A DNA stretch of 32,000 bases from Fibrobacter succinogenes subsp. succinogenes S85. GTDB taxonomy: Bacteria; Fibrobacterota; Fibrobacteria; Fibrobacterales; Fibrobacteraceae. The stretch lies in assembly GCF_000146505.1 (NCBI RefSeq), contig NC_017448.1, positions 1,470,001 through 1,502,000 on the forward strand, read 5' to 3'. The translations under genes were made by a program, and so were the position numbers. Below, one piece after another: positions 15,184 through 23,428 of this stretch. The notes beneath the pieces are model-generated. The model made no database searches, was not told the origin of the DNA, and saw nothing but the letters and a program-made list of their open reading frames with translations. Numbering within the stretch: the stretch's first letter is position 1; each line of letters starts with the position of its first letter.

Positions 15184-16311
15184 TCAAGCCTTGGGAGCTA
15201 GTCGGCCCGCATCTTCCACGTACTGGTCGGCCTTGTTCCTTAATTTCTCTACATAAACAAGGCAAATGCACGTGAAGGGAATCGCCACCAAAAGGCCCAA
15301 GAATCCAAGCAGCTTGCCCCAAATCGAGAGCGACAGAAGAATCCCCACCGGAGGCAGATTCATGGACTTACCGACAATGTGCGGCACCAAAAAGAAGTCC
15401 TGGATAATCTGCACGACAAGATAAATAGCAAGGATGATAATAGCCACTTCCCAGAACGGCATTCCCTTATCCAAAGCGTAAACCACCGCCAGTAGTAGGG
15501 CCAAAGGAATCGTCGTCAGCTGCATATAAGGGATCATGTTCAATGCGCCCGAGAAAAGTCCAAAAGCAACCCCCATCGGAAGCCCCATGACGCTAAAGCC
15601 AATCGCATAAAGCACGCCCACCGTAAAAGCCACCATTGACTGAGCACGGAAGTACGTACCCATAAATTTATCCGTAGAGCTTGCGAATTCACCCGCTTCA
15701 CGGCGATAGCGACGCGGAATCAAGCGACGAATGCCCTTCCTGATTTTATGCATATCAAGCATAATGAAGACAAGGTACATGAACACGACAGCCGCGCTTG
15801 ACACGCCCATAAAAATCGTAGAGGTCTTTGAAAGAATGTCCCACGCGCCCGGAAGAATGCGGTCGGAAACCGTCTGAACAACACTCCACACATCAAGCGA
15901 TTCCATAGCCTCGGCAATGCTGTTCCAGGAAATCATCGTCTTCACGGAGGCCCACGTATCCGCAGGCAAGAACGTCATGATTCGATCGCTCCAAGTTGAA
16001 TCCGTAAAGATTCTTGAAATAAGCGTTCCCAAATACTGGACTTCATGAACAACTTTCGGGACAAAGAAATACATACAACCGCCAATGATTATAGCAGCAC
16101 CTAAAAGCACCACCACCACGGCAATCACACGATAGCGGAATTTTATTTGCAATCTGCAAACTAGTGGGTCCATGATGTAAGCAATCAAGAATGCCGCAAA
16201 AAACGGAAACAGCACCCCGCTCAAATAATTCAAAACCACAAGAGAAACAGCAACCGCTACAGCAATCAGCACATAGCGCATCACCCTATCAAGCGTCCAA
16301 TTTCTTTGCAT
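15184..16311 (-). CDS. AI-2E family transporter (PerM/UPF0118-type permease)
   Basis: 375 aa with ~8 TM helices and the typical family layout (LFPFFAAFLIAYIMDPLV... and a C-terminal GKLLGFLGLLVAIPF). An AGGAGG SD is present. The start lies 23 nt inside the upstream gene. Confidence 0.8.
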   Translation of the reverse strand: MQRNWTLDRVMRYVLIAVAVAVSLVVLNYLSGVLFPFFAAFLIAYIMDPLVCRLQIKFRYRVIAVVVVLLGAAIIIGGCMYFFVPKVVHEVQYLGTLISRIFTDSTWSDRIMTFLPADTWASVKTMISWNSIAEAMESLDVWSVVQTVSDRILPGAWDILSKTSTIFMGVSSAAVVFMYLVFIMLDMHKIRKGIRRLIPRRYRREAGEFASSTDKFMGTYFRAQSMVAFTVGVLYAIGFSVMGLPMGVAFGLFSGALNMIPYMQLTTIPLALLLAVVYALDKGMPFWEVAIIILAIYLVVQIIQDFFLVPHIVGKSMNLPPVGILLSLSIWGKLLGFLGLLVAIPFTCICLVYVEKLRNKADQYVEDAGRLAPKA

Positions 16312-17074
16312 TTTCCCTCCTGCATGACTTCGCAGAACACACTAAAAATAGAACAAGTGCAAAGAGAATGGCACCGAGTACGATATACATCGTTTTCTTT
16401 TGGCCTTCATTTGCACCCCAGAGTCGCACATAGCGGATTTCCATTTCATCAGGAATCCCGCGAAGCGTAGAACCGCCACTTACAATTTCAAAAAACGAGC
16501 CGCGATTCAGATAGGTCTTGCCGTCATCTTCTTCAAGGCCCTGCTGCGAAAGCCACCATTCCGGCACACGGAATTCACTGAGCGAAATTTTGCTCACCGC
16601 AAAACGGTCCTTCGCACCACCCATCAGCATGTAAGGCGCCGACGGGATTTCCTTTTCCAGAACACGAAGCGTCGCATAATCGCCGCCACGCGTATAGACA
16701 GGGTCATCCGTCAAGATGCGGAGTTTCATGGAATTCATGCGCTTCGATGCGACATGGATTTCCAAGGAATCAAACTTCGTCAGGTCAAAAACGCTACCGG
16801 GGCGTTTATCCTTAGACTTTAGGTTAAAGCCAACACCCGCATAAGTAAAAGCCTTACCCGAATGAATCACGACCGATGAAATCAGGAGCGTATCCGTCAG
16901 CTGGACTTCACTTGTCGAAAATCCACCGACAGCGCTATCGTTTAGCGGGAAAACATCGAACGTCCGCTCAGGGAAAAGCTCCACCGCCACTCCCCCACAG
17001 CGTGAATAGAAAAAGCCCCAAGCAATAAGCAGGACTAGGAAAATCGAGATTCCAATCCACCTACTTTTTTTCAT
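16289..17074 (-). CDS. Bitopic membrane protein with a beta-sandwich (CBM/CIA30-like) periplasmic domain, paralog of the upstream gene
   Basis: 261 aa with N- and C-terminal hydrophobic helices. It shares blocks with the 243-aa neighbour: VFPLNDSAVGG / VFPLGDGAKV, GVGFNL...FDSLEIHV / GLVFDF...VDTLYLDI, and FRVPEWWLSQQGL / LYIPDFWYDNLGV. An AAGGAG SD is present. Confidence 0.6.
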   Translation of the reverse strand: MKKSRWIGISIFLVLLIAWGFFYSRCGGVAVELFPERTFDVFPLNDSAVGGFSTSEVQLTDTLLISSVVIHSGKAFTYAGVGFNLKSKDKRPGSVFDLTKFDSLEIHVASKRMNSMKLRILTDDPVYTRGGDYATLRVLEKEIPSAPYMLMGGAKDRFAVSKISLSEFRVPEWWLSQQGLEEDDGKTYLNRGSFFEIVSGGSTLRGIPDEMEIRYVRLWGANEGQKKTMYIVLGAILFALVLFLVCSAKSCRRENAKKLDA

Positions 17075-17792
17075 CGTACTCCTTCACTGGGTGACTGCGT
17101 CCAATCGCCACGATCATAAGTCCAAGAATAATAAACAGGAATATACCATAAGCCCGATTGCTCGTCCCGCTCACCGTAATTTCACGGACATTGACAACAA
17201 AATTCTTCCCGCGCGGTTGGTTCCAGCCGGCCGAGATTTCTACGCGTGCAACACTTTCGTGATGCGGACGGTTACGGGAACGCTTCACGCCCAAATTGTC
17301 GTACCAGAAATCAGGAATGTAAAGTTGTTCGAACGGGATGGCAATCTGGTTGCGTCCCGATTTAACAGGGACTTCCTTCAAGAGCATTCTGAACGAACTC
17401 GGATTCGACAAATCAGTCACATCCGGGTCATAAGTCCACGTCTTTACGTTGACTTCACTCGTCCCCGCAATATCGATATCCAGATAAAGCGTATCGACAT
17501 TTTTCCAGTTGTGGTACTTCTTTTCGCCATTCGGGTCAAAGTCAAAAACAAGCCCGCACCAGGCCGATTTTTTTTCGTCCATGCCCAACGCGCACTGGAA
17601 CGACGCCAGAGAATCCGAAGATTTAAACTGGACCGCAGACGTTCCCCCGTCTGCATTATCGTCGTAAGCAGATACTTTTGCACCATCCCCTAGTGGAAAC
17701 ACAGTTTCAGCAAATCGCTCTTTCGGAAGCATTACATAGATGGCAACAACAATAATCGCAATGATTGCTAAAATCGTATATGATTTTTTCAT
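17061..17792 (-). CDS. Bitopic membrane protein with a beta-sandwich (CBM/CIA30-like) periplasmic domain
   Basis: 243 aa. The N-terminal helix is ILAIIAIIVVAIYVML and the C-terminal helix is GIFLFIILGLMIVAI. It is a paralog of the downstream gene. Confidence 0.6.
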   Translation of the reverse strand: MKKSYTILAIIAIIVVAIYVMLPKERFAETVFPLGDGAKVSAYDDNADGGTSAVQFKSSDSLASFQCALGMDEKKSAWCGLVFDFDPNGEKKYHNWKNVDTLYLDIDIAGTSEVNVKTWTYDPDVTDLSNPSSFRMLLKEVPVKSGRNQIAIPFEQLYIPDFWYDNLGVKRSRNRPHHESVARVEISAGWNQPRGKNFVVNVREITVSGTSNRAYGIFLFIILGLMIVAIGRSHPVKEYDEKK

Positions 17793-17795
17793 TTA

Positions 17796-18296
17796 CTAAA
17801 AAAATTTCCTTAAAGTTCTATTGTACTGAATGTAGTCCAGCGGATCTTCTTCCACAGGCTTTTCACCAAAAATCTTGTTCACAAGCGAATCAATCCAATG
17901 GATAAAGAAAAAGTGGTGTTTGCCTTCTTTTGCCTGCGGAGCCGCCTTGATATCCAGGGACCACTGCAAAAGCTGTTTCACCGTCGAAGGCATCATATGG
18001 AACGTTTCGCAGCAAGTCGTCACGTAGCCATCGAAACCGTAATGCGGAAGTTTGCCTTTCACAAGCGGTTGACCGTGATCGATGCACACCGGATTTTCGC
18101 AGGGCGGGTCCTGCACGTTTTTCTTGTTCAAGTCATTGAGCCACAATTCACGCGTCTTGTCCGAGAGTCCTCCGTAAAAGGCGAACGTCTGGTTGCACGG
18201 GAAATAAATGGAATAACACTTCGGGCAAATCCTCAGATCAAGATTGACAATTCTGAGGGACTCGACTTCTGAACCGCAAAAAGAACATTTACACAT
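17796..18296 (-). CDS. Cys-rich zinc-ribbon protein
   Basis: 166 aa. It has CSFCGS...ICPKC (a CxxC...CxxC ribbon), then a second degenerate unit CIDHG...TTCCETFH. There is no signal peptide. The gene stops 3 nt before the next gene. Confidence 0.55.
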   Translation of the reverse strand: MCKCSFCGSEVESLRIVNLDLRICPKCYSIYFPCNQTFAFYGGLSDKTRELWLNDLNKKNVQDPPCENPVCIDHGQPLVKGKLPHYGFDGYVTTCCETFHMMPSTVKQLLQWSLDIKAAPQAKEGKHHFFFIHWIDSLVNKIFGEKPVEEDPLDYIQYNRTLRKFF

Positions 18297-18315
18297 GTAG
18301 ATTAATATAGATAAT

Positions 18316-18343
18316 AGACGAAAGACGAAAGACGAAAGACGAG
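18316..18343. repeat. Heptamer tandem repeat (AGACGAA x3 plus AGACGAG)
   Basis: Read directly from the sequence. It lies 20-47 nt upstream of the ATG of the minus-strand zinc-ribbon gene. Confidence 0.85.
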
Positions 18344-18357
18344 AGAAAATAGTGTTT

Positions 18358-18375
18358 AGGGGAAAGCTTTCCCCT
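18358..18375. repeat. Perfect 18-bp palindrome AGGGGAAAGCTTTCCCCT
   Basis: The sequence is self-complementary. It lies in the divergent intergenic region and is followed by a GCGGG-cacat-CCCGC stem (18408-18422) and the CCCGCAACGCC core shared with 10768-10778 in inverted orientation. Confidence 0.9.
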
Positions 18376-18443
18376 GGCTCGCACTTTGTTGCTCACCACC
18401 CCTTCAAGCGGGCACATCCCGCAACGCCCTGTTTTTACATATC

Positions 18444-18478
18444 ACTAGTAACTAGTATCTAGTAACTATTAACTAAAT
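18444..18478. repeat. Degenerate heptamer tandem repeat (ACTAGTA ACTAGTA TCTAGTA ACTATTA ACTAAAT)
   Basis: Read directly from the sequence. It ends 7 nt before the ATG of the thioredoxin-TPR gene. Confidence 0.8.
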
Positions 18479-18485
18479 TTAATGC

Positions 18486-19310
18486 ATGGCTAAAGTAGTT
18501 CAAATTACAGCAGAAAATTTTGAAGAAGAGGTCATCAAGGCCTCTGAAACGCGCGCTGTCGCGATTCTTTTCTCTTCCGCAGAATACCCGGATTGCGCCC
18601 CATACTCCCAGTTGGCAGGCCAGCTTTCCACAAGCATGGACTTTACGCTCGGCGTCGTAAGCTGCGACGACCGCGAAAACATGCGCCTCATCCAGATGTT
18701 CCGCGTGCAGTCCGTCCCCGAAATTCACGTGGTCGATAAAGGCCAGATTGCAGACGTCATCCAAGGCGTGCTCCCCGAAGCCGACCTCAAGAAACGTCTC
18801 GAAAAATTCTACGTCTCCGAAGAAGCCCGTTTCCAGACCGCTCTTGAAGACGCCATTGCGCAAAAGAACTTCGATCAAGCGCTCCCAATGCTCGACGAAG
18901 CTCTCGCCAAGAACCCAAACGACAAGAAGCTCCAGCTCCTGTGGGCAAAGGCAAATCTCGGTCTCGGCGATACCGCAAAGGCAAAAGATATCCTCTCCAA
19001 GTTTGTCGAAAGCGACGACCAGTACCGTGAAGCAAAATCGCTTTTGGAACTCCTCGACTTCCATGCCGAAGTCGCCAAGAAGGACGTTCAAGGCAAAGAG
19101 GCCATCGTCTATCACGAAGCGTGCAAGCTCGCCTGCGAAGAGGATTTCGAAAGCGCACTCCAGGCATTCCTGAACTTGTATGTCGAAGCTCCGGAATGGA
19201 ACGACGGAGCCGCCAAGAAGGCGATGCTCACGCTCTTCGGCGTTCTTGGTCCGAAGCACGAGCTCACTTGGAAGTACCGTGCAAAGCTTAACACGATGAT
19301 GTTCATCTAG
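18486..19310 (+). CDS. Thioredoxin-fold plus TPR protein (YbbN/CnoX-like co-chaperone)
   Basis: 274 aa. The N-terminal Trx-like fold has a degenerate active site (SAEYPDC, single Cys). The C-terminal half consists of TPR-like helices (FDQALPMLDEALAKNPNDKKLQLLWAKANLGLGDTAKAKDIL...). Confidence 0.75.
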   Translation: MAKVVQITAENFEEEVIKASETRAVAILFSSAEYPDCAPYSQLAGQLSTSMDFTLGVVSCDDRENMRLIQMFRVQSVPEIHVVDKGQIADVIQGVLPEADLKKRLEKFYVSEEARFQTALEDAIAQKNFDQALPMLDEALAKNPNDKKLQLLWAKANLGLGDTAKAKDILSKFVESDDQYREAKSLLELLDFHAEVAKKDVQGKEAIVYHEACKLACEEDFESALQAFLNLYVEAPEWNDGAAKKAMLTLFGVLGPKHELTWKYRAKLNTMMFI

Positions 19311-19363
19311 GGATAGACCGGGCTTTCAGCCCTCTTAGAACTTAGTTGGCAGAACTTAGACAA

Positions 19364-19398
19364 GAAGCGCAGCTCAAAGAGCTGCGCTTCTTTGTTTT
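19364..19398. terminator. Strong terminator between convergent genes
   Basis: GAAGCGCAGCTC-aaa-GAGCTGCGCTTC forms a perfect 12-bp stem, followed by TTTGTTTT on the plus strand. Confidence 0.85.
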
Positions 19399-19438
19399 CA
19401 CAATATGTCACCGTCGGGAACCGGCGGAATTCAATACT

Positions 19439-21403
19439 TTATTTGCACTTAGAGTTAGCAAGGTTCAGCAGGTTCTTGTACGCTGCCATGCACCTTCTGT
19501 GATCCTTCGTACCTTCCGTGTAAGAGTAGCATTCGCCAAGCTTGTTATTAGCCATATCACGTTCCTTGCACGGCTTTTTCGGAGCCGGTTCAGCAGCAGA
19601 CTGAGCATTCTTCTGCTGAGGCTTTGCAGCCTGTGCCGGAGCGTCATAGGAATACACAAACACTTCGATGCGGTTATTCTTCATGCGGTTATCCGGAGTC
19701 GTATTCGGAACGAGAGGTTCGTCACCGCCCTTGCCCGTTGCAATGATATCCTGACCAGAAAGGCCTGCCATCACCAAGTAGCTCTTCACTTCTTCAGCGC
19801 GCTTCAAGGCAAGCACACGGCTTCTTTCCGGGCGATCAAGGTTATCCGTATGGGAGACAATCTCAATCGTCTTGCCGTTATAGTTTCTCAAGTGGGCTGC
19901 AAGCCTGTTCAAGCCGTCAGAAGATTCACGCGTAAACTTGGACTGACCAACGCCGAACGTCACGCCCTGCAAAATGAACTTTTCAAGGACAGTCTTGTCT
20001 GCGGCATTCTTAGAGGAATTTCCCTGAGCGGCCGGCTTTCCACCAGCCTGGGACGTCGTCACCTGTGGCTTAGGAGTTCCATAAGACGGCCCATTTTTCA
20101 CACAGCGAAGCTTGTTCGTATAGGCATCACCATGCTTGAAATACGGCGTACCCTTCTCGCGGATGGCATTGTACTTCCAATCCACGTAAGTCACTTCGTT
20201 GCCGTTCTTCGAAGAAGTCCAGTAACCGCGCTTGAAGTCAAAATTCATGCTGCACGGATTCACCTTCGCATCGCGATTGTTCCTCATGCGCTTGTCATTG
20301 GCATGGATTTCAAACTCGGTCGCCTTCGAGAACAGCTGCTCGTATTCATACTGTTCCGGAACATGCCAGCCACGCGGGCAAGCACGATTAAGGTTACGGG
20401 CTTCCATTTCATCCAGACGGTCAAGGATCACATCTTCAGCCATCCAGGTCTGGTCACCAATCTTAAGCGTCCTATACGTCTTTCCGGCATTGTCCATCAC
20501 GCCACCGAGACGTTCCTTGCAAGCCGCTTCCCAGTTCTGAATGCAGCGCACTGAATAGCCATTGGCCTTGCGCCCCTGGAAAGCAAACGTTTCGAGATTC
20601 TGGCCTCTAAAGCTCATGGCATCGGCACGGTCACTGCCCTTTTCATCGCCAAGCCAGAAGAAAGCTCGGCTGCCGAGGTCAATATAGCGTTCGCCATCAA
20701 CATAGTAACCACCGTCAAGCACTCTGAAGCTGTTCAGATTGAAGTCCTGGTAGTTGAGGTCATCACCCATCGGCAAGCTCCAGCCATCCGGGCAAGCCTT
20801 CTTGGCGGCATTCCACGTATAAAGTCTACCGTAGCTTTCGCAATTCTGAGTATTGTTATCGTAGCAGTAGCTTTCCGGCAAACGGAACTTCAAGTTTTCA
20901 GCCATCCAGACTCGGCCACCAATCTTCACCGTCGTATAGCGTTCACCGTCGCGGTTATCAATGAGGAGGTTCTTCGATTCATCATAAGTTGAAGTATTCT
21001 GGTATTTATTTGCAGCATACGGATTCGGCGGAGGCGGCTGGGTCGGGCGCGTAGCCTGGGCAGCACGTTCCTCTTCAGAAATACTGCAGTCATATTCCTG
21101 CGGAAGCTTACCAAAATAGTAGTTGTACTTGTCCGGGGTAATCCAGATTTCACTGCTACCAACCGAGGAACGCATAAAAGAACGCGGATAATTGGCGCAT
21201 CTGAAAAGCACATTGGCGCAACGATCGTCCTTCTTTTCCGTTCTAAACGTATCCTCCATATCCGGGCAGCGCCAGTAGCACGAATTACCGAACATATCGT
21301 CAAAGCCGCAAGCAACCACAGTCTTGTCGCCAGACGGAGCGGCAAAAACCGATTCCGCAGCAAGGAACGTAGTAGCTACAGCAAGAGCGTACTTTTTATT
21401 CAT
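19439..21403 (-). CDS. Secreted protein with two Fibrobacter major paralogous (TIGR02145-like) domains and a C-terminal OmpA_C peptidoglycan-binding domain
   Basis: The preferred start is ATG 21403 (MNKKYALAVATTFLAAESVFA, with GGAG 6 nt upstream). Domain 1 is YTTVKIGGRVWMAENL...YGRLYTWNAAKKACPDGWSLP. Domain 2 is YRTLKIGDQTWMAEDV...ACPRGWHVPE...RGYWTSS. The OmpA_C part is GVTFGVGQSKF...IEIVSHTD...ALKRAEEVKSYL...NRIEV. A Cys-rich tail follows. Confidence 0.8.
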   Translation of the reverse strand: MNKKYALAVATTFLAAESVFAAPSGDKTVVACGFDDMFGNSCYWRCPDMEDTFRTEKKDDRCANVLFRCANYPRSFMRSSVGSSEIWITPDKYNYYFGKLPQEYDCSISEEERAAQATRPTQPPPPNPYAANKYQNTSTYDESKNLLIDNRDGERYTTVKIGGRVWMAENLKFRLPESYCYDNNTQNCESYGRLYTWNAAKKACPDGWSLPMGDDLNYQDFNLNSFRVLDGGYYVDGERYIDLGSRAFFWLGDEKGSDRADAMSFRGQNLETFAFQGRKANGYSVRCIQNWEAACKERLGGVMDNAGKTYRTLKIGDQTWMAEDVILDRLDEMEARNLNRACPRGWHVPEQYEYEQLFSKATEFEIHANDKRMRNNRDAKVNPCSMNFDFKRGYWTSSKNGNEVTYVDWKYNAIREKGTPYFKHGDAYTNKLRCVKNGPSYGTPKPQVTTSQAGGKPAAQGNSSKNAADKTVLEKFILQGVTFGVGQSKFTRESSDGLNRLAAHLRNYNGKTIEIVSHTDNLDRPERSRVLALKRAEEVKSYLVMAGLSGQDIIATGKGGDEPLVPNTTPDNRMKNNRIEVFVYSYDAPAQAAKPQQKNAQSAAEPAPKKPCKERDMANNKLGECYSYTEGTKDHRRCMAAYKNLLNLANSKCK

Positions 21404-21570
21404 AAAGACTCCGTATTCCAACACAATTAAGCGTGTTTGTATTATAAAGATTTGACCAAAAATACATTTTTCACAATCCCTCTTTTTAGATGATACAATT
21501 TGTTTCAATAGTTTCGCATCCACACGAAAATTTTTATTTACATACAATTCAAGCCACCAACCTCCCCCCT

Positions 21571-21672
21571 CTAAATTTTAAGATCTAAACCCTAAGTTCT
21601 AAGATCTAAGCTCTAAGTTCTAAATTACCCCACATTTCTAAGCTCTAAGTTCTAAGTTCTAAGTTCTAATTG
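21571..21672. repeat. Two blocks of CTAAGNT heptamer tandem repeats (8 + 5 units) separated by an 11-nt spacer
   Basis: Block 1 (21571-21626): CTAAATT TTAAGAT CTAAACC CTAAGTT CTAAGAT CTAAGCT CTAAGTT CTAAATT. The spacer is ACCCCACATTT. Block 2 (21638-21672): CTAAGCT CTAAGTT CTAAGTT CTAAGTT CTAATTG. The array lies in a divergent promoter region. Confidence 0.9.
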
Positions 21673-21737
21673 CTATCTTTGTCCCCGTATTTTATTGTAC
21701 AGTAAAAACAAGGGATTAAATCCCACAGGAAAACATT

Positions 21738-23315
21738 ATGAAAAAGATTCTGTTCCAAGACACCTCGTTCCGTGATGGCTTCCAGTCCATCTTCGGCGCT
21801 CGCGTGTTCATGAAGGACTTCATGCCTGCTGTTGAAGCAGCAGTGAAGGCTGGCATCACCCACTTCGAAGCAGGTGGTGGCGCCCGTTTCCAGGCTCTCT
21901 ATCAGAACTGCGGTGAAGACGCATTCGACATGATGGACGAATTCCGTCGCGTTGTCGGTCCGAAGATCCGCCTCCAGACTCTCGCTCGCGGTATCAACGT
22001 GGTCGCTCTCGCTCCGCAGCCGCGCGATATGATCAATCTTCATGCCAAGATGTTCAAGAAGCACGGCATGACCCGTATTCGTAACTTTGACGCTCTCAAC
22101 GACGTCAACAACCTCATTTACTCCGGTAAGTGCATCACGGACGCAGGACTTGAACACGAAGTCGTCGTCACCATGATGGAACTTCCTCCGGGATGCGACC
22201 TCAACGCAGCACACAATCCGGAATTCTACGAACGCATCCTCCGCAACATCTTGGACGCCGGTGTTCCGTTCGCTTCCGTCTGCTTCAAGGACGCTTCCGG
22301 TACGACAAACCCGAACAAGGTCTACGAAACATTCAAGCGCGCTCGTAAGCTCCTCGGTGACAAGGTCGAACTCCGCATCCACAGCCATGACACTTGCGGT
22401 ACTGGTGTGGCTCAGTACAAGGCTGCTATCGAAGGTGGCGCAGATGGCGTTGACCTCGGCCGCAAGCCGCTTTCTGGCGGTACGGCTCAGCCGGACCTCT
22501 TCTCCATGTTCCACGCCCTCAAGGGTACGGAATACAAGCTCGCCCTCGGTGAAGACAGCATCGTCGACGATCACATTCCGGAACTCATGGAAGCCAACAA
22601 CGTTGCAGTAGAATGCCTCAAGGACTACAACTTCCCGCCAGAAGCACGTCAGATCACGACCGACGTTATCTTCAGCCCGATGCCGGGTGGCGCTCTCACA
22701 GCTAACACGCTCATGATGCGCGAAACCAAGACATTCCACCTCTTCCCGAAGGTTATCGAAAACATGAGTGAATGCGTCCGCCGCGGTGGCTTTGCTTCCT
22801 CCGTGACGCCGGTTTCTCAGTTCTACTTCCAGCAGGCTTACATGAACACCTTGAACCAGGCTGCAGGTCGCGGCACGTGGTTCAAGATGACCGAAGGCTA
22901 CGGCAAGATGCTCCTCGGCTACCAGGGTAAGACTCCGTGCGAACCGGATCCGGAACTCGTGAAGATTGCTGCCGATCAGTTCGGCATGAAGCCGTTCAAG
23001 GAAGCCTATCCGGGCGTCCAGTGCGCAGAAGAAATTCTTCCGCCGGGCATCCCTGCTGCAAAGAAGCTCCTCGAAGAAAATGGTCTCCCGGTCAACGACG
23101 AAACCATCTTCATCACGGGCTGCCTCCAGACGAAGGCTGGCAACAAGGGTATCGAATTCCTCAAGGGCAACCGCCACATTGGCGTGCCGAAGAAGGACCC
23201 GAACGCCGCTCCTGCTGTCGACACCAAGAACATGAAGGCCGGTGCAGCAAGCACCTACCGTATTGCCCTCGGCAACCAGAGCTGGGACGTTCAGGTTCAG
23301 ACCCTCAGCAAGTAA
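21738..23315 (+). CDS. Carboxyltransferase subunit (oxaloacetate decarboxylase alpha / transcarboxylase 5S-like) without a biotinyl domain
   Basis: 525 aa. DTSFRDGFQS...ECWGG-like FEAGGGARF...QTLARGINVV...CFKDASG...LRIHSHDTCG match the HMGL-like carboxyltransferase metal-site pattern (D, K, HxH). The C-terminus has no AMKM biotinylation motif. Confidence 0.75.
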   Translation: MKKILFQDTSFRDGFQSIFGARVFMKDFMPAVEAAVKAGITHFEAGGGARFQALYQNCGEDAFDMMDEFRRVVGPKIRLQTLARGINVVALAPQPRDMINLHAKMFKKHGMTRIRNFDALNDVNNLIYSGKCITDAGLEHEVVVTMMELPPGCDLNAAHNPEFYERILRNILDAGVPFASVCFKDASGTTNPNKVYETFKRARKLLGDKVELRIHSHDTCGTGVAQYKAAIEGGADGVDLGRKPLSGGTAQPDLFSMFHALKGTEYKLALGEDSIVDDHIPELMEANNVAVECLKDYNFPPEARQITTDVIFSPMPGGALTANTLMMRETKTFHLFPKVIENMSECVRRGGFASSVTPVSQFYFQQAYMNTLNQAAGRGTWFKMTEGYGKMLLGYQGKTPCEPDPELVKIAADQFGMKPFKEAYPGVQCAEEILPPGIPAAKKLLEENGLPVNDETIFITGCLQTKAGNKGIEFLKGNRHIGVPKKDPNAAPAVDTKNMKAGAASTYRIALGNQSWDVQVQTLSK

Positions 23316-23357
23316 GAGGCTTTCGCGAAAGTCTAAAGACTTCGCTTCAAGCATTGA

Positions 23358-23395
23358 AAAGGACTTCGAGCTTTGCTCGAAGTCCTTTGTTTTAT
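23358..23395. terminator. Strong terminator between convergent genes
   Basis: AAAGGACTTCGAGC-ttt-GCTCGAAGTCCTTT forms a perfect 14-bp stem, followed by GTTTT. Confidence 0.85.
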
Positions 23396-23428
23396 ATGGA
23401 CTGCTAAATGAACTTACACCAGCAACAT

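Noticed and set aside
19346-20554. 402-aa plus-strand ORF, and the 266-aa minus-strand ORF at 18459-19259
   Set aside because: They are antisense to the FISUMP-OmpA gene and to the thioredoxin-TPR gene respectively. They have Arg/Leu/His-rich shadow composition, and the first runs through the convergent terminator.
21571-21672. Possible CRISPR array
   Set aside because: The repeat unit is only 7 bp, the units are contiguous without spacers, and no cas genes are present. I treat it as a heptamer satellite.
21666-23354. 562-aa minus-strand ORF
   Set aside because: It is the mirror frame of the carboxyltransferase gene. It has no start context, no motifs and shadow-ORF composition.
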